Shown piece by piece: positions 37,806 to 46,277 of a stretch of DNA of 64,000 nucleotides. Both the position numbers and the translations under genes were made by a program. Under the pieces are notes generated by a model. The model was not told the origin of the DNA. It saw only the letters and a list, made by a program, of their open reading frames with translations, and searched no databases. Location of the stretch: NCBI GenBank assembly GCA_965662645.1, contig CBFIII010000001.1, positions 175,750 to 239,749 of the forward strand, given 5' to 3'. Position 1 is the first letter of the stretch, and the number at the start of each line of letters is the position of its first letter. Source of the stretch: Bacteroidales bacterium. Lineage in GTDB: Bacteria > Bacteroidota > Bacteroidia > Bacteroidales > UBA5342.

Positions 37806-40800
37806 ATGAAAAAAATTAACAAGTTGTTGATTACACTATCATCTTTACTGATGATAACGGTTTTAGGGTATGCAGGCCCTGCGGTTGTAAAACAAATGCC
37901 ACTCTCTTCTAGTATTGATTCGGCTGGTACGGTGCGTGTTATCGTGAAAGTTACCGAAGAGTTTACATCCAAAGATATTGGTGTTATTCTTCACAAAGAG
38001 GAATTTAGCGCAGGATGGGATCAGTCTATGGCTGCTACATTATTTGATTTTACATCAAAAGAGTTACGTGGTTATAGTGGTGCTACTTCTGCTTGGGTTG
38101 CTCCAGAGCCAAAAAAACTTTTTGGAATTGGAGATACTGTTGTGCTTTGGCAAACGATTAATGTGGCTGATGCAACACACGCTTTGTATGTGCAATTGGC
38201 CTCTGAAACGGAAATTACAACTGTTTATGAGGATTTAAAGTTTAGAGCTTCTATCAAAGGACAGCCTTATGATACAGCCAATTTCTGTACTGTTTTTGTA
38301 AATGATTTAATAGGTGCTAATGCATTACAAGCTGTTGAAATTATTGAAGAAGCTACAGTTGTGGATTCAATTACGCCATACTATCCTTTACCTCCTTATG
38401 AGGAAACAGAAGGATTCTCAGGCGATGGTATTTACACGATCCATTGTCAAGGTAAAAAGACGTTTATGTCTTCTAATGGTGTGGAAGGAAAACCTTTACC
38501 ATTACAAGATTCTACCCAGCTAGGTGATGACAACAAGTTGTATGTGGTCACCAATCCTACTGATACGAGCAAAATTAATATCATTACTCTTGATGGACGC
38601 TACGTAGGAGCTGTTCACACTAGTGGCTATGGTACTTGGTTTGAAAATACACCTGCCATTAGAGACAGTAGTATTGCAGCTGCTGGCTTGCTAGAACAAG
38701 CTACAAATGCGTATTATATTGACACTTATCTTGGTACTGGAGCACAAAAAATGTGGAATGGTCAGAGAAATGGAAGTACTGCTATAGGTATGGGTACTGG
38801 TGGAGGAGCCAATTATACATGGAATTTCACACGCAAAGGTGATATGCCTAAGGGTAATGTGGCTCCATCAGACATTTTCTTAACAGCAGACAATATTGAT
38901 GAGAATAATGCCGAAGATGCTACTGTAGCCATGCTTTCTGCATCGGACATGAATCCATTTGATGTTTTAACATTTAGTTTAGCTGATGGTGCAGATAAAG
39001 CTGCCTTTACAATTACTGGCAATAAGCTGTCAATTAATGATTTAGCTGATTTTGAAACAAAAGCAAGTTACAAGATTAATATAAAAGTTAGTGATGGCGG
39101 AGGTTTGTCATTGGTTAAAGAAGTGACCATTACGATTAACGACGTGGTGGAAAACTTTGTACCTACGGCTATTGCTTTGAGCGATACGGCCATTGTTGAA
39201 AATAACATTGCTGGGGCTGTAGTGGGGACACTTTCAGCAAGCGATCCTGATGAAGGAGACACATTTACATTTGCTTTGGAAGAGGACTCTGTTAACGGTG
39301 CAGACAATGATGCGTTTACCATTAAAAATAATGTGCTATGCATTAATGAAAGCGCTGATTCTATGACTCAAAGTGCATACAAGATTAATGTGAAAGTGAC
39401 TGATGCAGGTGATTTGTCTCTTGTTAAAGCATTCACAATTGCTGTGATTAACTTTGAGGAAACAGAAGGATTCTCTGGCGATGGTATTTATACGATCCAT
39501 TGTCAAGGTAAACTGACATTCATGTCTTCTAATGGTGTGCCTGGAGCACCTATGCCATTGCAAGATTCGACCAAGCTAGGTGATGACAACAAGTTGTATG
39601 TGGTCACCAATCCTACTGATACGAACAAAATTAACATCATTACTCTTGATGGACGCTACGTAGGAGCTGTTCACACAAGTGGGTTTGGTACTTGGTTTGA
39701 AAATACACCTGCCATTAGAGACAGTAGTATTGCAGCTGCTGGCTTGCTAGAACAAGCTGCAAATGCGTATTATATTGACACTTATCTTGGTACTGGAGTA
39801 CAAAAAATGTGGAATGGTCAGAGAAATGGAAGTACTGCTGTAGGTATGGGTACTGGTGGAGGAGCCAATTATACATGGAACTTGACACGCATAGGAGATA
39901 CTCCTTCTGCTAACGTTGCGCCATCCGATATTTTCTTAACAGTAGATAGTCTTAACGAAGGTAATTCAGCTAATGATACTATCGGAATGCTTTCTGCATC
40001 AGATGTAAATCCATTTGACTCTATAGCGTTTAGCTTAGGTGAAGGTGCTGACAATGGATCATTTGCTATTACTGGTAATATGTTGACCATTGTTGACATT
40101 GCAGACTTTGATACAAAAGCGAGCTATAGCATTACGGTAGTTGCTACTGATAAGGAAGGTTTGACTTTCGAAAAAGCATATACCATTTCGGTAATTGAAG
40201 TGATGGAATACACTGCACCAACAGATATTGCATTAAGTGCAACAGCGATAGATGAAAACAATGCTGCTGGGGCTACTGTGGCTACGCTTTCTGCTACTGA
40301 TGCTGATGTAGTAGATAATATGACCTTTGTCTTTGAAGCTGATACTGTTAATGGCGCAGACAATGATGCATTTACTATTACAGATACCACTTTGGCCATT
40401 AAAGCAAGTGCTGATTTTGAAACTAAGACTGAGTACAAAATTAATGTTAAGGTAACTGATGCAGGTGGTTTGACTTTCGTTAAAGCATTTACTATTACAG
40501 TGAATGATGTTAATGAAGCGCCGACAGCTATTACACTAAGCAACGACAGTATTGTAGAGAATGCAGCTGTTGGTACTTTGGTAGGTTCACTTTCAGCGAC
40601 CGATGCAGATGCTAATTCTACATTCACTTACACTCTAAGTGGTGCTGATGCTGCTAGCTTTACTATTGACGGTGATGCTTTGAAAAGCGCTGAAGCTTTC
40701 GATTTTGAAATTAAAGCAAGCTATAGTATCAAAGTGACGGTAAGTGATGGTACATTAGAGTTTAGTAAGGATATGACTATTACTGTAAAAGATTTAGTAG

Positions 40801-41051
40801 AAGCTTCATTGAGCGCTAATGAATTACGTCAGGTGTCATTCTATCCTAACCCTGTGAAAGATGAGTTAAGAATTAATGGTTTATCAGTAGAGGCAACGGC
40901 ATCTATTTATAGCATTAGCGGAAGCTTAGTGAAGAAGGCGCCTGTGGGGGAAAGCAATAACACCATTGATGTTAGTGATTTGTCTTCTGGCATATACGTT
41001 TTAAAGTTAGCTGTTGAAGGTAAAGAATTGATGGTTAAAATAATAAAGTAA
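37806..41051 (+). CDS. large T9SS-sorted surface protein. Order of parts: signal peptide, unassigned N-domain, then [~150-aa unassigned module + 2 cadherin-like repeats], then [second copy of the module + 3 cadherin-like repeats], then the Por secretion-tail CTD.
   Basis: The MKKINKLLITLSSLLMITVLGYA signal peptide starts at the ATG at 37806. Five ~100-aa repeats have cadherin-like signatures (AP..I.L....I.EN...G..VG.LSA.D.D......F.L......D...F.I.G..L......DFE.K..Y.I.V.V.D). The C-terminal FYPNPVKDELRI...GIYVLKL matches the T9SS CTD pattern. There is a 1056-nt internal tandem duplication. Confidence 0.8.
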   Translation: MKKINKLLITLSSLLMITVLGYAGPAVVKQMPLSSSIDSAGTVRVIVKVTEEFTSKDIGVILHKEEFSAGWDQSMAATLFDFTSKELRGYSGATSAWVAPEPKKLFGIGDTVVLWQTINVADATHALYVQLASETEITTVYEDLKFRASIKGQPYDTANFCTVFVNDLIGANALQAVEIIEEATVVDSITPYYPLPPYEETEGFSGDGIYTIHCQGKKTFMSSNGVEGKPLPLQDSTQLGDDNKLYVVTNPTDTSKINIITLDGRYVGAVHTSGYGTWFENTPAIRDSSIAAAGLLEQATNAYYIDTYLGTGAQKMWNGQRNGSTAIGMGTGGGANYTWNFTRKGDMPKGNVAPSDIFLTADNIDENNAEDATVAMLSASDMNPFDVLTFSLADGADKAAFTITGNKLSINDLADFETKASYKINIKVSDGGGLSLVKEVTITINDVVENFVPTAIALSDTAIVENNIAGAVVGTLSASDPDEGDTFTFALEEDSVNGADNDAFTIKNNVLCINESADSMTQSAYKINVKVTDAGDLSLVKAFTIAVINFEETEGFSGDGIYTIHCQGKLTFMSSNGVPGAPMPLQDSTKLGDDNKLYVVTNPTDTNKINIITLDGRYVGAVHTSGFGTWFENTPAIRDSSIAAAGLLEQAANAYYIDTYLGTGVQKMWNGQRNGSTAVGMGTGGGANYTWNLTRIGDTPSANVAPSDIFLTVDSLNEGNSANDTIGMLSASDVNPFDSIAFSLGEGADNGSFAITGNMLTIVDIADFDTKASYSITVVATDKEGLTFEKAYTISVIEVMEYTAPTDIALSATAIDENNAAGATVATLSATDADVVDNMTFVFEADTVNGADNDAFTITDTTLAIKASADFETKTEYKINVKVTDAGGLTFVKAFTITVNDVNEAPTAITLSNDSIVENAAVGTLVGSLSATDADANSTFTYTLSGADAASFTIDGDALKSAEAFDFEIKASYSIKVTVSDGTLEFSKDMTITVKDLVEASLSANELRQVSFYPNPVKDELRINGLSVEATASIYSISGSLVKKAPVGESNNTIDVSDLSSGIYVLKLAVEGKELMVKIIK
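38400..38850 (+). repeat. intragenic duplicated module, copy 1 (EETEGFSGDGIYTIHCQGK...ANYTWN)
   Basis: Near-identical at nucleotide level to 39456-39906 (offset exactly 1056 nt). Perfect runs reach about 72 nt (38631-38702 = 39687-39758). Confidence 0.9.
39456..39906 (+). repeat. intragenic duplicated module, copy 2
   Basis: See copy 1. Differences are scattered substitutions with no indels in my manual alignment. Confidence 0.9.
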
Positions 41052-41107
41052 TGCAAGTTCGACGTAAAATTGTCGTTTATTGAGCTGATGAGCTCTAACA
41101 TATTAAA

Positions 41108-41139
41108 GGGTGCCCAAGAATCTTGGGCACCTTTTTTTT
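41108..41139 (+). terminator. rho-independent terminator after the adhesin gene
   Basis: GGTGCCCAAG-AATC-TTGGGCACC followed by T8. Confidence 0.8.
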
Positions 41140-41287
41140 AATGATACCTGAGGTAAAATACAGCCCCCCTCCAAGTTTTTTATGATTTAGAATTTTAGCT
41201 TTACCCTTGTTTGGCATAAGCCAGTTTAGTGAATTGAAAATCAGTGGATCTAAATATGGCGTGTTTTGGTTCAAGCCTGTGGCTTTG

Positions 41288-41360
41288 ACACTTCAACTGT
41301 CGCTTAGCGACCACCTAAAATGAGGGGAAGCACTTCGACAGGCTTAGTGTACCACTTGTA
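41288..41360 (+). repeat. two tandem REP-like core units (ACACTTCAACTGTCGCTTAGCGACCAC ... GCACTTCGACAGGCTTAGTGTACCAC)
   Basis: Same motif family as 36728-36753. The first unit is followed by AAAATGAGGGG, like the CACAATGAGGGG at 36751-36762. Confidence 0.7.
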
Positions 41361-41416
41361 GCTTCGAAGTTCGGTTTGTGTGAGTGTTTGAAATGACGAT
41401 TCTTTTTAGATTTGCT

Positions 41417-41510
41417 ATTAGAGAGATGCATGGTAGGAGCACGTTCGACAAGCTCTTTGACCACCTTGCTAATAGCAAACACATAGCGAAAAGACGCTAC
41501 GCCTAACGGG
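41417..41510 (+). repeat. ~94-nt composite REP-like repeat, copy A' (downstream of the adhesin gene, abutting the RAYT relic)
   Basis: Direct-orientation homologue of 37090-37182. It ends 1 nt before the ATG of the RAYT-relic ORF. Confidence 0.8.
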
Positions 41511-41750
41511 ATGTTACAACAGTTTAAGTATGCATCAAAACTTGATAAACGAATAAAGAACTATTCACTTTGGCAACCAACAAGCCATCCTATTGTTTGT
41601 GGTACAACAGAGATATTGGAGCAGAAGATAAATTATACGCATCAAAATCCTGTGCGGGCTATGATTGTTGCAGCTGCAGAAGATTATTTGTTCTTTTCAG
41701 CACGGGATTATAGCGGAGAAAAAGGATTGGTGAAAGTTGAGATGATTTGA
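41511..41750 (+). pseudogene. C-terminal relic of a REP-associated tyrosine transposase (RAYT / IS200-like Y1 transposase)
   Basis: The 79-aa ORF ...LWQPTSHPI......LEQKINYTHQNPVRA..V....DYLFFSARDYSGEKGLVKV matches the conserved C-terminus (FWQ..., QKxxYIHxNPVxAGxV, DYxYSSARxY) of Bacteroidota RAYT-like proteins. The catalytic N-terminal ~100 aa are missing and REP-like repeats occupy their place. Confidence 0.65.
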
Positions 41751-41834
41751 TGGTTGATTCGTTATAAGCGAAAGACAGCACTTCCCTCGTTGCAAACGAG
41801 GGGCAGACGGGAATCGTACGTAATGAGCTGTTTA

Positions 41835-43064
41835 CTACTTAACTTCTTCTATTTCAAACCCCGCTGTTTTAAGGTCTTTCCAAAAGCCAGGATATGATTT
41901 TGTGACAACTTCTGGATCTTTTATGATGACTCCTGGGTGAACTATAGCTGTAGGGGCAAAGGCTAAGGCCATGCGGTGATCGTCGTAGGTGGCTATTTTT
42001 ATAGTTTCGTCTATGGCGCAATTTTCGCCATGCCATTCCAAGGTGCCACTTTGGGTTTCGTAGATGACAATACCATATTTTGATAGTTCTTTGATGAGAG
42101 CCGCTATGCGATCTGTTTCTTTGATGCGCAAGGTTTGAAGACCCGAAATTTTAAAATGAACGCCTAATATAGCACACGTAGTGACTACGGTTTGGGCTAA
42201 GTCGGGTTGGTTTATTAGGTCGTACTCTAAAAGGCTGCTAATATTGTCATCGTGGCTTAGTATTGCGCCTTCTTGGGTGAATGTGGTGTTTACGCCTAGT
42301 TGTTTGTAGATCTTCATCACTTCGGCATCACCTTGATAAGAGACTTGTTTTGCTTTTCGCAATAGGACTTTAGCGGTTTTGCTAAAGGCGACGATCTCGT
42401 ACCAATATGAGGCTCCAGACCAATCGATCTCTACATCAAAAAAATCGGCGTGATAACTTGCTTCAGGAATCGTGATTGTGTTATTAATCCAGCTTGTTTC
42501 TACGCCGAAATAAGCCATCAAATCGAGTGTCATCTGTATGTACGGACGCGAGATAATGTCGCCATCTAATGTTATTTTAAGTCCACCTTTCAGTGTGGGG
42601 GATATCATTAAAATAGCTGAAATAAACTGACTACTAATATTACTGTTGAGTGTCAACTGTCCTCCGGTAAGTGTTTTTCCATTGATGAGAAGGGGAGGAT
42701 AACCTTCTTCTTCTAGATAGGATATGTCAGCTCCTAATTGACGTAAAGCATCAACAAGAATGCCAATAGGACGTTTTTTCATGCGTTCGCTTCCTGTGAT
42801 TTGCCATTGTCCTTCTTTTTGTGATAAGAAAGCTGTTAAGAAGCGCATCGCTGTACCCGCAGCTCCAATATCATAGATCGCTGTGTCATTATCTAATGAT
42901 GCTTGTAGTGCTTTTGTATCGTCACTGTCGCTTATGTTATTAACGCTAACTTTTGTTTTGCATAGAGCTGCGATAATTAAGGCACGGTTGCAAACACTTT
43001 TTGAAGTACTAAGCTGTATGCTGGTGTCTATGTTTTGTGGAGGCGATAAACGATAGCTATTCAT
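41835..43064 (-). CDS. aroA: 3-phosphoshikimate 1-carboxyvinyltransferase (EPSP synthase)
   Basis: 409 aa. S.SKS..NRALI.AAL, GAAGTAMRFL and ETDRI patterns, with the two-domain inside-out barrel repeat pattern. Confidence 0.85.
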   Translation of the reverse strand: MNSYRLSPPQNIDTSIQLSTSKSVCNRALIIAALCKTKVSVNNISDSDDTKALQASLDNDTAIYDIGAAGTAMRFLTAFLSQKEGQWQITGSERMKKRPIGILVDALRQLGADISYLEEEGYPPLLINGKTLTGGQLTLNSNISSQFISAILMISPTLKGGLKITLDGDIISRPYIQMTLDLMAYFGVETSWINNTITIPEASYHADFFDVEIDWSGASYWYEIVAFSKTAKVLLRKAKQVSYQGDAEVMKIYKQLGVNTTFTQEGAILSHDDNISSLLEYDLINQPDLAQTVVTTCAILGVHFKISGLQTLRIKETDRIAALIKELSKYGIVIYETQSGTLEWHGENCAIDETIKIATYDDHRMALAFAPTAIVHPGVIIKDPEVVTKSYPGFWKDLKTAGFEIEEVK

Positions 43065-43118
43065 TGTTGAGTATGGCTTGTTGATGAAGCGGTGACATTA
43101 GTAGTTCACTCTATTCAT

Positions 43119-43751
43119 TTAACGTTGCAGATAAATTATTTTTTTTGTTTGAAAGTATTCTTCTGTGAAATTATCCGATATATTTAATATGGTGATGCGA
43201 CTTTCAAAGGGTTTAATTTCTTCTTTAATGTCTCCACCTTTCAGGCAAATAATGCCATTAGGTAGTCCATTAGTTTGGCTATCAGGATCTACACAGTGTT
43301 CTGACATTTCTACAAAAGCGGGGAAAGCTGTCACTGCTCTACTAATGACAAAATCATACTTGTCTTTTATTTCCTTTACATTTTTGTGTTCAGCAATCAC
43401 ATTTTTTAGTTGTAATTCGTCTGCTATGGCTTGTACGACTTTTATTTTTTTACCTATAGCATCCACTAGGTGAAAGTTAACATCAGGAAAAAAGATGGCT
43501 AATGGTAGTCCAGGGAATCCTCCGCCACATCCTACATCGAGTACTTTTGTACCTTCTTTGAAACGTATAATCTTAATGATAGATAATGAATGGAGTATAT
43601 GGTGTTCCATAATATTGTCCATATCCTTACGGCTTATCACATTAATTTTTACATTCCACTCTTTGATTAGTTCCTCCAAACGGCAAAACTGCTGAAGCTG
43701 TTCTTCCGTTGCACGGGGAAAATAGTTGCTGATGGTCTCAATTGTAACCAT
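43119..43751 (-). CDS. rsmG: 16S rRNA (guanine527-N7)-methyltransferase
   Basis: NLxSxKxxxxxxxxHxLxS, VLDVGCGGGFPGLPLAI and VxSRAV motifs of GidB/RsmG; 210 aa. Confidence 0.9.
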   Translation of the reverse strand: MVTIETISNYFPRATEEQLQQFCRLEELIKEWNVKINVISRKDMDNIMEHHILHSLSIIKIIRFKEGTKVLDVGCGGGFPGLPLAIFFPDVNFHLVDAIGKKIKVVQAIADELQLKNVIAEHKNVKEIKDKYDFVISRAVTAFPAFVEMSEHCVDPDSQTNGLPNGIICLKGGDIKEEIKPFESRITILNISDNFTEEYFQTKKIIYLQR

Positions 43752-43768
43752 TGTTTTATTTTTTTAGT

Positions 43769-45418
43769 TTAGTGACTGTCTCCTACAAATTTCAACACCT
43801 CTCCATTGTCTTCTACTATTTTTTTGTAGGTGCGTTTTGAATAACCCGGTTGTGAAGGAAATACTTGTTGACCAAATCCATTATCCTTAAATTGACCGTT
43901 TTCTTCTATTTTTATATTGCCATCCATATATTTCATGATAATATAAATGCCTAAATTCTTCCAAGTAGCTAAAGTCTTCTCTGCTTGTATGTCACAATAG
44001 TGATTGATAAAGGCTAAAGCATTTTCTTTATTTTTTTGCAAAAGAGCAATTGTTTGTTTCTCCATTGCTTCTTGGTATTTATCAAAACTATCTTCAAGTT
44101 CTTCTTGATGTACTTTTATGTCTTCTATGATATAAGAATATTTGGCGTAAGCCATATTAGAGACCCAGTTGAAAATCCAAAAATTAGAAGTCCAGCTCCA
44201 GTTCATCATATTGCCATTCCCCACTTTTACACTGTTTGGTATTTCTGTAAGACCAGAATACATAGGCATATAAACAGAGCTTGCTGCATCATCAACGCCA
44301 AACCATAAGATGCCCATCCCTTGTGGTACATAGTTACGCATCTCGGCTACAAAAGAAAATCCAGTTTGCTGAGTAGCTATAGCGCGTTCGTTGCAGTAGT
44401 TCGCAGAATCAACTTCCCACGTTAAGGGACGCCAGCGGTAAGGGAGGTCATATGGTCCTGCTCCTGCATCTTTACTCATATCCATTGGGGTTCCTTCAAA
44501 ATGATTGCGCATGACATCCTGAATGTCGCGGTGTGATAATTTTGCGGTGGGTTTAAAGTACAAGGGTATGCGATTGTGAGCATAACCCATGGCATAGTCA
44601 AGATATGGTGCTGCTTCTTCAGGATTCACGCTGTTATAGAAAGCCCATACACGTGCTTCGCAAAACCGTTGTGCGCCAAAGTCAAGTGGTGCATAAGTGT
44701 CCGAAAAGCTAAAAGTGTCTCTTTCTCCAGAGTACCATCCCATGTCTTTTGCAAATGAAACTACATCGTTAGCATATATAAAATTGGTGCTATCATTAAA
44801 ATTAATTGTGGTGATGCGTGCTTGGTTGGCATGTCCGCTAACGTAACCGTCGGGGATGCGTTGTGCTACCCAAATAGCTCCTTTGCTTTTACCTCCTTTG
44901 CCTAGCATCTCAAGAATCCAAGCTTCGTTAGGATCTGCAATAGAAAATGATTCACCACTGCTGTAGTAGCCATATTCTGCAACCAGATTGGTCATGATTT
45001 GTATGGCTTCACGGGCTGTTTTGGCACGTTGTAAACTTATGTAAATCAGGCTCCCGTAATCCAAAATGCCAGTAGTATCGACCATCTCTTTTCTGCCGCC
45101 AAAGGTTGTTTCACCTATCGCTACTTGATATTCATTGATGTTACCTACTACGTTATAAGTTTCTAAGGCTTGAGCAATAACACCTAAAGGTTTTCCAGTG
45201 TCCCATTCTTTAACTTTTAGTAATGTTCCTGCTTCATATTTGGCAGCAGGCCAGTGGTATAGTTCTCCGTAAAGGGTGTGCGAGTCAGCGGCATAACTAA
45301 TCATAGTGGAGCCATTGGCACTTGCTCCTTTAGTGACCAATATATTGGTGCATGCCCAAGAAACGAAAGGAAATAGCAGAGCTACTAATAGTAGGATTGA
45401 TTTTATGCTGTTTTTCAT
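43769..45418 (-). CDS. C69-family dipeptidase (secreted)
   Basis: Signal peptide followed by the nucleophile context ACTNILVTKGASANGSTMISYAADS, typical of peptidase C69; 549 aa. Confidence 0.85.
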   Translation of the reverse strand: MKNSIKSILLLVALLFPFVSWACTNILVTKGASANGSTMISYAADSHTLYGELYHWPAAKYEAGTLLKVKEWDTGKPLGVIAQALETYNVVGNINEYQVAIGETTFGGRKEMVDTTGILDYGSLIYISLQRAKTAREAIQIMTNLVAEYGYYSSGESFSIADPNEAWILEMLGKGGKSKGAIWVAQRIPDGYVSGHANQARITTINFNDSTNFIYANDVVSFAKDMGWYSGERDTFSFSDTYAPLDFGAQRFCEARVWAFYNSVNPEEAAPYLDYAMGYAHNRIPLYFKPTAKLSHRDIQDVMRNHFEGTPMDMSKDAGAGPYDLPYRWRPLTWEVDSANYCNERAIATQQTGFSFVAEMRNYVPQGMGILWFGVDDAASSVYMPMYSGLTEIPNSVKVGNGNMMNWSWTSNFWIFNWVSNMAYAKYSYIIEDIKVHQEELEDSFDKYQEAMEKQTIALLQKNKENALAFINHYCDIQAEKTLATWKNLGIYIIMKYMDGNIKIEENGQFKDNGFGQQVFPSQPGYSKRTYKKIVEDNGEVLKFVGDSH

Positions 45419-46179
45419 AAGTAAAGATGTTTAATCAATATTCATTTCTTGTTGTATCTATACTCTAACTCTTGTTTTATCTTTAAAACGTTCTTTTTTT
45501 TCTTGATGTCCTTTTTAAAAAAAAAATAGTTTTTTTTATTGCAAACAAAGGTTTGAATTAGGTTGTAACCATCAGTGCTGGTGTTTTTTGAAAGTGATGT
45601 AGTATTGTTTTTAATTGTTCTTCTACATCTTATAATTATTGGTGTTCTTTTTTGTCTTTTTTATCTATGAGTTCAACGAAAGTAATTATTTTTTTGTGTT
45701 TTAATAGTGCATTGTATCGTTTTGCTTCTTCCCATTCTTTACGTTTAATGGTAACGTAATGATCAATAGCCTAAAAACTGATTTTTATTTTCTTCGTTTT
45801 TTTTTGTTATTGCTGTCCCAGATGTTTTATTATTTTCCTAAATATATGTAAGAGTTTTAGCGGGGCTTAGTTCGTTATATAAGTAGAATCCTTCATTATT
45901 GTTAACGTTTTTCTTCTGCTGCAAAAATTTTTTGAGCAACTAAAAATAAAGGGGTATGTGATTGTAATTTACCTGATGCTTCTGTGGTTTTTTATAATCT
46001 CCTTTTTTTATAGGATTAAAAAAAAACTATATATTAATGTTGTCAACTTTGTAATCGTGTTTTTACAGCTATCTTATTTTCCAATAAAAAAGTTTTTTAT
46101 TTTTAGCTTTTCGTTATCGGTAATAGAATCAAAATCTTTGATCCTTATTGTTGCCATGATAAATGCCTTTCTGACTTCT

Positions 46180-46256
46180 CAGTGTGGTTTTTATTTCTCG
46201 CAGTTTATTGCGAGTAATAAAATATTTATAATTTATACTCTGTCTGTTTGCAGCGG
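46180..46256 (+). repeat. dispersed intergenic repeat, copy d (diverged)
   Basis: CAGTGTGGTTTTTATTTCTCGCAGTTTATTGCGAG...ATACTCTGTCTGTTTGCAGCGG is collinear with copy a. The last 22 nt match 20/22. It lies just 3' of rpe. Confidence 0.7.
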
Positions 46257-46277
46257 ATATTCTAAATGAAAATTAGT

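Noticed and set aside
38400-39906. Whether the two near-identical modules in the adhesin gene could be a template repeat/variable repeat pair of a diversity-generating retroelement
   Set aside because: The mismatches between copies involve all base types (A/T, C/T, G/A, A/G and others) and are not confined to adenine positions. There is also no reverse transcriptase gene anywhere in the window.
40124-40627. 167-aa minus-strand ORF and other antisense ORFs inside the adhesin gene (38813-39022, 39068-39343, 39336-39563, 39869-40099)
   Set aside because: They lie antisense to a gene with strong domain periodicity. Their Ala/Ser/Val-rich low-complexity sequence mirrors the sense-strand codon bias, and they have no independent support.
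41268-41277. GGTTCAAGCC, which resembles a tRNA T-arm and could hint at a tRNA or tRNA-fragment integration site
   Set aside because: The flanking sequence cannot be folded into a T-stem, acceptor stem or anticodon arm. I see no cloverleaf.
45958-46269. 103-aa plus-strand ORF in the AT-rich gap
   Set aside because: It has a GTG start, an extreme Phe/Ile/Leu/Lys composition that mirrors T-rich DNA, it overlaps dispersed-repeat copy d, and it has no recognisable motif. It is probably not coding.
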